A DNA stretch of 64,000 bases, from assembly GCF_009914755.1 (NCBI RefSeq), contig NC_060937.1, one strand, 5' to 3'. The notes below the pieces were generated by a model. It made no database searches, was not told where the DNA came from, and saw only the letters and a list, made by a program, of their open reading frames with translations. Shown here one piece after another: positions 56,722 to 64,000 of this stretch; positions within the stretch are counted from its first letter, which is position 1, and every line of letters begins with the position of its first letter. The position numbers were made by a program, and so were the translations under genes. The stretch is from the human T2T-CHM13v2.0 reference genome, Homo sapiens.

Positions 56722-57952
56722 ACCACGTATCTTGTGAGGGGGTCTTACCACCCCCATATTAGTCACAGAACTGAGGCTGGAGATGTAGCTAATTTCACCG
56801 CATCACACAGCTGCGAAGGGCAGAGTGTGGATCTAAAGTCCCTGCTCCTTTCACCAGGGCAGACACACTTCAAAGAAGCTCTTCCTGCCTTGGTGTTTGT
56901 TCACAGCCCAGGCTTGTTTTTAAAGTAAGGCAGCAATTTCCTAAACCACCAGAAGCACTGGGACAGGGGAGTTCTGGTGGTAAATGATGTGATCCAACAT
57001 GATCAGGAAATATGGCCTAGTGTATCCTCCTTGGATATTTAAAAAAAAAAATCCATAAATGTGCTGATTCGTCTACAGTGAAGGCTTCGTGTAATTAGTG
57101 TTTTCACTCATCCTGTTAATAGTGAAAAGTGCTAGGAGAAACCTGAGTGCCCGCCGTGCCAGTCAGCACTGACTCAGCCACAAGGAACAGCAAAGCTGAA
57201 CGTGGGTGCACACACACCAGTGAGTTTTTCTCACAGCACCAGAGGTCCTGAGGCTGCGGCACTGGCATCTAGACAGCCTGGGGGCCCTGACCCTGCAAAT
57301 CTTCTGAGCCTCCTCATGACTACAAGAGGGCTGCAGCGTTGCCACCGTCTCCATGCCATCCACTTGCAAGGCAGGAACGGGAGACATGGCCAAGGGGGAT
57401 GGAAGGTGAGGTGGGCAAGGTGCTGGCCACTTCCTGCATTGGATGGGACATGGGGCTGGGCAGTGCTCCTGCCAGAGAGCAGGTGCTGCAGAGCATCACA
57501 GCCTCGCAGCAAGAGCCATGGAGGGGGGGACAGTGATGACAACCCCAGTCCCTCTTCCCATGCAACGTATAGGGGATATGAGGTATGGTTAGTTCTAGAT
57601 TTCTATAACTTACTCTATGTATATATTTATGGCTACCCGACCTGTACATTATGTATGTTATTTCTATTTGTAGGCGAGACATTGAACGCATTACAAAGCA
57701 CAGGCGATGCGGTCACAGGCTGCAGACTCCCTTGGTCTCCACCTTGGTGGTGGGGAGGGTGCTCAGTGTGTTTTCTGAAGCAGGAGGCCCCCAGGGCACT
57801 CCCATGAGTTTTGGTGGAAAGTCTAGAAATGGGGTTCCTGGGGTGCTTCTTCTCTGGGGTTCTCTAAAGGCTGTGCAGGTGGAACTATGCTGTGTCAACT
57901 GTCAGCGATGAGCTGTGGCTGCAGGAAAGGTGGGGGACACCGCCCTGCTGCT

Positions 57953-58063
57953 GCCCTGGAGGCCCTGGTGTGGAGGTCCCAGTGTGGAGGCCCCGGTGTG
58001 GAGGCCCCAGTGTGGAGGCCCCGGTGTGGAGGCTGCTGCCCTGGAGGCCCAGGTATGGAGGCC
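57953..58063. repeat. Minisatellite, 14-bp unit, about 6-7 copies
   Basis: gtgtggaggccccR repeated. Confidence 0.9.
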
Positions 58064-58485
58064 ACGGGGCTGATCCAAGCGGAGGCTCTCAGCTGCCCGA
58101 GGCCCTGAGTGCACCCGGCAGGAGCCGAGGGCATCCTGCTGTTTGGAGCCAGATGAGACCCCCTATCCTTCCGGGGGTCTGTGGTGCCAAGACAAAGTGG
58201 GACCACACCTGAGGCTAATGTGCACGCCCAGTGCTGCCTGGGGAGTCAGGGGATGCACAGGGCCACAGCCAGGCCGGCCCCAGTGGCAATTCATCCTGGC
58301 TGAGCCCCCCGTCACCTCCTCCTGCAGTCTCTCTCCTCTTCCTTCCCCAGCTGCCCACTGAGGGCATCGCCTGCCAGTCCCGGGAAATCCACGCCAGACC
58401 AGGAGGAAGGGCAGGAAGATAAGTGGCTCTGAGTGTTGGGAACAACACAAGGATGAGCCTTCAGTTTCACTTTGTTATACAACTT

Positions 58486-58759
58486 GACTGTTCATACATG
58501 TTACATGCATTTCTAGTGATGCATAGGATGGAGTGTGACTGTTCATAGATGTTACATACATGCATTTCTAGTGATGCATAGGACAGGGCATAGGACTGTT
58601 CATACATGTTACATACATGCATTTCTAGTGCTTCATCGGACAGGGTGTAGGACTGTTCATACGTGTAACGTACATGCATTTCTAGTGATGCATAGGACAG
58701 GGCGTGTGACTGTTCATACATGTTACATGCGTTTCTAGTGATGCATAGGACACGGAGTG
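58486..58759. repeat. VNTR, 51-57-bp unit, 5 copies
   Basis: gactgttcatacatgttac(atac)atgcatttctagtgatgcatagga.. Confidence 0.95.
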
Positions 58760-58869
58760 GAGGAGCACGTTTCCTGAGGGAATCGGGAGTCCTCTGGAAT
58801 CTGGAACTCTGCTCTGGCTGTGCTGTGGTGAAGGTGCCACTGGGCATCCCGGGGGCATTTCCAGCCGTC

Positions 58870-59371
58870 GTCGTTAGGGGAGTTTCCAGTGGTGGTTAGG
58901 GATGGGGAACGGGGAACCTCTCTGGTGGTCGTTAGGAGGCGGGGGGATGTCTCTGGTGGTCCTTAGGGGATGGGGGGACGTCTCTGGTGGGCGTTAGGGG
59001 ACAGGGAACAGGGGACATCTCTGGTAGTCGTTAGGGGATGGGGGATGTCTATGGCGGGTGTTGGGGGATGGGGGGATGTATCTGGCAGTTATTAGGGGAC
59101 GGGGGGACGTCTCTGGCGGGCGTTAGGGGATGGGGAGATGTCTCTGGCGGTCGTTAGGGGGCGGGGGGATGTCTCTGGTGGTCCTTAGGGGATGGGGGGA
59201 CGTCTCTGGCGGGTGTTAGGGGATGGGGGATGTCTACGGCGGGTGTTGGGGGATGGGGGATGTATCTGGCAGTTGTTAGGGGACGGGGGCACGTCTCTGG
59301 CGGGTGTTAGGGGATGGGGAGATGTCTCTGGCGGTCGTTAGGGGAGGGAGGACCTATCTAGTGGTCATTAG
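58870..59371. repeat. G-rich VNTR, about 30-31-bp unit, about 16 copies, containing TTAGGG
   Basis: ttaggggatggggggacgtctctggcgggtg variants. Confidence 0.95.
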
Positions 59372-59419
59372 AAAGACATCACAGCAGGCGTAGCTTGAGA
59401 TGTTGATCTGGGAGTCATC

Positions 59420-59795
59420 AGTCCGAGAAAGCCTCTAGGCTGCCGTAGCACACACAGTGGGGTCTTAACCACAGAAATGCATTTTCTCCTGATTCTGGAG
59501 GCTGGGAGTCTGAGGCCGGGTGTGGGCAGGACGAGTTTTCCTGAGGCCTTTCTCCCCGGTGTGTGGACGCCGTCTTCTTCCGGGGGCCTCCACCCGCCGT
59601 CCCTGTGTGCGTGTCTGTGTCCCAATCTTCTTCTCTTGTAAAAGAAACGAGTCCGGCTGGATTAGGGCCCACCTCCATGCCCTCATTTTTCATTAATTAC
59701 CTCTTTAAGGCCCTATCTCCAAACCATCACATTCTGAAGTGTGGGGCCTCGGGCTTCAGCGTGTTCATTGTGGGAGACGTGATTCAGCTGTGACA
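59420..59795 (-). mobile_element. MaLR LTR (MLT1A/B-like)
   Basis: ttctggaggctgggagtctgag, ggattagggcccacc, ttaattacctctttaaggccctatctccaaa. Confidence 0.85.
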
Positions 59796-60351
59796 GTGTC
59801 TAGTGCCACGGAACGGGTGGACACGGGGCTTGGAGAAGCAGCCTTTGCGGGGCCTTGTTCACTGGGACACTTTGCACGTCATCGCCTTGGTGCTTCCGGC
59901 ACCCCTGTCTCCTACGTCCTCGGAAACGGGCGGGTCACACGCCACGTCCTGAGAAGCTCTTGAGCAGCGCTGCATGGAGCTCACCTGGATTCCTCCTTCC
60001 TCCGTCTTGCTCTGGGGAGGAGGCTTTGCTCTCCATTGGCTTGAAAATTTATTTCCTGATTTACCCCCTCCAATCTCAGGAAGTCCCCAAATCTATCGGA
60101 ATCACAAGGCCACCCTGGGAACCGTGGCTGCCAGACTCTTCACCCTGCTTGGCTGTCGGAGGCCTCTGTATTCCCTGCCCTGGGAGGGGCATGCGGGAAA
60201 GATCTGGGGCCCCTGCGTGCCAGCTCCCAGTGTGGCTGGAGGGCAAGGGCAGGTCCCCGTCCTCACGCTCCCTGTAGAAAGAGCCGCTGCACCCCCGTGA
60301 CCGCTCCATGCTGGGGGCAGAGCTGGCGAGAAGCTCGAAAGTAGGGGACTG

Positions 60352-60681
<330 letters not shown>

Positions 60682-60712
60682 TTACAGCTGCCTGGGAGGC
60701 AGCCTGCAGGCA

Positions 60713-61249
60713 CAGCCAATTCGTTGTTTGCAGTATAGTTATGGTCTATAAGGACCCCGCAGACACTGCATTAGCAGATCCCAAGACATTTCTCCAGGGG
60801 AAATGCGGGGTTAGGTTCCTGTGGGCCTCTGGTGAGCCAATCAATATATAACCTGACTTGCATGTGTCTGCTTAAAGACACCTTATTCAACGTACTGTTG
60901 ATTCATTAACACTGAACCTGCACCCAGCAGCTGAATGAAGCTCCCCTAAGGCCCCCCAGCCTCTCCTGCTCAGGACACAAGACAGCACCAGGCACAGGGC
61001 CATTCCAAACAGCAAAGTCACCGGCGAAGAGCACCAAGTGTGGAAAGCTGGGCACTACGGAGGCCTCGGCCCTGTTTACAGTAAGCGCTGAAATGGGGGG
61101 GCAGCGCGCCCTGGCTCTCTCTCAGCGGGAGGGGCACATGCATGGCTCAGGTTCTCCTCCACTCTGCCCACCTCTGCAGATGGCCACGAGTCATTTTAGT
61201 GGGCAGGTGAATTCACAAATACAGAACCCGTGCATACTGGGGATCCGCT
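60713..61249 (-). mobile_element. MER82-like TcMar-Tigger element
   Basis: gggttaggttcctgtgggcctctggt, ttaaagacaccttatt, gttgattcattaacactgaac, ggtgaattcacaaatacagaa. Confidence 0.75.
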
Positions 61250-61289
61250 AAATACACGTCCTAGGAGATCAGAGACTTCTCCAAAGGCA

Positions 61290-61530
61290 GGCAGCCTAGC
61301 AGCAGGTCTTGGAGAGGAGGCTCCGGTTCACGCCCTGGCCCTGCCCTGTGGCTATGTGGCCTTGCTAAGGTTATTAACCTCTCAGCACTCCACTGTCCCT
61401 GTCTGTAAGATGGAGTGATTTATGTAACTCCAGGACACAGTGTCAAAGTGAGGTCTGAGTGGCATCATGCCTACAAAGCTTGCCTGGTGCCTGAAGCAGC
61501 CTCACTTCTGCCAATGTTAATTGCTGTTAT
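61290..61530 (+). mobile_element. MIR
   Basis: gctatgtggccttg..aggttattaacctctcag...tctgtaagatggag. Confidence 0.7.
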
Positions 61531-62244
61531 TGTGCTGTTTTGTTATCGTCACCCCCTGCAGAACCTCAGGCTCACCTAAGGGAGAGGACTTGCTGACTGC
61601 AGTGTCCAGGGCGCTTCCAGGCCTAGGCAGGCTCTTACTGAAGACGAAGTATCTGATGTTTCTGAAGCCTGAATTCAAGGACAAAGCAAATTGCTCCTCT
61701 TCTTATTTAATCTGTACATCTTCAGGCTGCACATTTTCCTATTTGAGATCTGAACTAAATATAGAGAGCCTGTTTCTAAATTTAGTACGATGAATCTCTC
61801 TGTTCAATTCTGGAGCTTTTCACTGTCACCAACCAGCACTCCCCACAGAGGTTTAATGATGCAGGCCTTTGATGTGAGCTGAGAGAAAGTGCCCTCTATC
61901 AGGGCTGCAGTCTGGGAACAGGAGGGGGAGGGAAAAGGCCCTGAGACCCTCTGCAGAGAGGACAGGGAGAGACGAAGTCACAAGGGAGAAGCTCTCCTAC
62001 CTGGTATTTGACTCTCCCTGGTTTCTCCCAGAGGAAAGGTCATGTGAACCACGGTGGGAAAAAGGGCAATAACCAAAGAATCAAAAATAATGATGCATAT
62101 TTGGTGAGAAGGTGACATGGGCTAGAACAACTCTGATTTGTCCTGGAGAGACATGGAAATTGGCATGAATTTAGTAACAGGCTGAGGCAAACAATTAGCC
62201 TTTGGGAAGGGAACTAATCACACACTCATTGGGAAAAGTACTTA

Positions 62245-62620
62245 CCAGTTATAATTAGGATTAGCACCTAAAAAAAAAAAATGAAAGAACGGAACTAGAG
62301 CTGGTGTGATAGACATATGGTCTACAGGAATCCAAAACCTTCCCTGATTTCTGCTTTATCATTCTTTGGGGGGCAGGGTGGTCCTTACTCTCATGGTCCA
62401 GAATGGCTGCTGATGCTCCAGCCATCAAGTCATGTTCCCAACAGCAGGATGGAGGGGATAAGAAAAATGGTGTACTCCTTCCCTTTTCAAGAGACTACTC
62501 TGAGGTCTCATGGAACACACAACTTCTGCTTACACCTCATTGGAAAAAACTTGGTCACATGGTCACATATAATTGCAGAGAAGACCAGGAAATAGTGTAG
62601 CAATGTGCTCAGTGAAAAAT
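62245..62620 (-). mobile_element. Old MaLR LTR (MLT1J/K-like)
   Basis: atggctgctgatgctccagccatca, acttctgcttacacctcattgg..acttggtcacatggtcaca. Confidence 0.6.
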
Positions 62621-62653
62621 CATGGTTTAGTTAATTTTGGAAAAAACGGAAAA

Positions 62654-62790
62654 GGATATTTGGAAGGTAAATGGATGTTTAGAAAGAAGGGACATGGATA
62701 TTTGGAAGGTAAATGGATGTTTAGAAAGAAGGGACATGGATATTTGGAAGGTAAATGGATGTTTAGAAAGAAGGGACATGGATATTTGGA
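62654..62790. repeat. Tandem repeat, 42-bp unit, 3.3 perfect copies
   Basis: ggatatttggaaggtaaatggatgtttagaaagaagggacat. Confidence 0.95.
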
Positions 62791-63562
62791 ATGGTACATC
62801 AGGCATTCCCCAGAATGAATACGTAACTAGGTGAGCATTCACAACCCTCTGAGAAGGAATATGACAACTGCCTTAGAATCATCCGCAGTCGAGTCTTTGT
62901 GGGAGTTAGAGGAGAAAAACTAGGAATGTGGCTGTCAGAAAATATCTGCAGTGACACCCTCTAGGTAAATCAGTGACCACAATGGCACCATGCAGTGGGG
63001 AGGGGATTGGCCTTCCTAACAGGATATTGAATTACCGTATTGGTTAAAAGAAGGATGAGGGAGGGGTTGACCTGTTATGGAATTGGTCATGGGAAAATTG
63101 CTCCCCAGGAGTAATTAGTGTGCTGCCTAGAGAGGCTGCTTTCAAAAGAGAGGCCATCCTTACACTTGCTCAGTGGACCTGAGCCCCGAAGGACAGCCCG
63201 TCTTACACAGGTGCGCACCGCACACGTAGAGGAGGGTTGCACTGCCTCAGCCTCCAGGCGCGATCCACCGTGTGCTTCCATCAGCGTTAAAAATGACCTG
63301 AGAGAGAAGACATAGAGATTACCAGAAAAAGCACAATCAGGATTTCCTACAGTGTTCAAGCTCTGTGGGGAGAACGATGGAAGTGGAGGGAAAGAAGGAT
63401 ACGGGGGTAGGACACGCAGACGCAGGAAGAGGGCATCAGCAAGATGCGGGAGCGAAACCCTCCACAGGCAGGAACGCACAGCCTTCTGGTGCACCAAGCC
63501 TTCAGGCTTTTCTTCCTCTGCCGCTTTCCTCTGCTCTCACTGCCCTCCTAGTTGGGCTTAGA

Positions 63563-63740
63563 CTAGTGCTATGCTGGGAAATATTTAAAATCCAGCCCAG
63601 GGAGTAGGGTTGCTGATTTGCAGCATTGGCCAATTTCTGTGGTGTAAATGCTCCCTGGAGGCAGATTTCCTGCAGCCAGTGTGACGTCACTGAACTCAGA
63701 GCTGAAAAGAGTCACACAGTAACCGCCATGGGGCAGCAGT
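63563..63740. mobile_element. MER63-like hAT-Blackjack element carrying a CRE palindrome
   Basis: gatttgcagcattggccaatttctgtggtgtaaatgctccc...gtgacgtcactgaac. Confidence 0.7.
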
Positions 63741-63777
63741 TCAGCCTTCCAGACGGCATGATTCAAAATATCCTCAA

Positions 63778-63980
63778 TACCAGCCCAGGCAACCTGGTGA
63801 AACCCTGTCTCTACAAAGAACACAGAAATTAGCCAGGCGTGGTAGCACATGCCTGTAGTCCCAGCTCCTTGGGAGGATCGCTGGAGCCTGGGAGGCAGAG
63901 GTGGCACTGAGCTGAGATGTTGCCACCGCCCTCCAGCCTGGGCAGCAGAGTGAGACCCTGTCTCAAAAAAAATAAATAAC
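63778..63980 (+). mobile_element. Partial AluJ
   Basis: ccagcccaggcaacctggtgaaaccctgtctctac...gagaccctgtctcaaaaaaaa. Confidence 0.9.
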
Positions 63981-64000
63981 CTCAAGACCACAGATAGCAG

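Noticed and set aside
57098-57133. Short hairpin ttttcact/agtgaaaa as a miRNA or terminator
   Set aside because: The stem is too short and imperfect, and is expected by chance.

Overview
Primate, most likely human, non-coding genomic DNA: GC-rich and dense in VNTRs, as in distal chromosome arms. It contains Alu (monomer, J, S, Y), MIR, L1, L2, MaLR and ERV1 LTRs, and hAT/Tigger DNA transposon relics. I could not support any protein-coding exon or name the locus; the long ORFs come from tandem repeats, low-complexity DNA or Alu. Notable items are an orphan CpG island with a motif-rich unique flank (~9.2-10.45 kb), about 12 tandem repeats, a Y1 RNA retro-fragment fused to an Alu, a very young AluY, two local direct duplications and perfect inverted templated copies beside a (TA)n tract. 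Among the tandem repeats, several share a CACCCTGYGCA core, one is an E-box array, two arise in or next to MITEs, and one carries TTAGGG in a G-rich unit. I found no clear new biological system; the best leads are regulatory or mutational-mechanism signals. Repeat subfamily names come from recalled consensus sequences, not a database search, and counts were made by hand.
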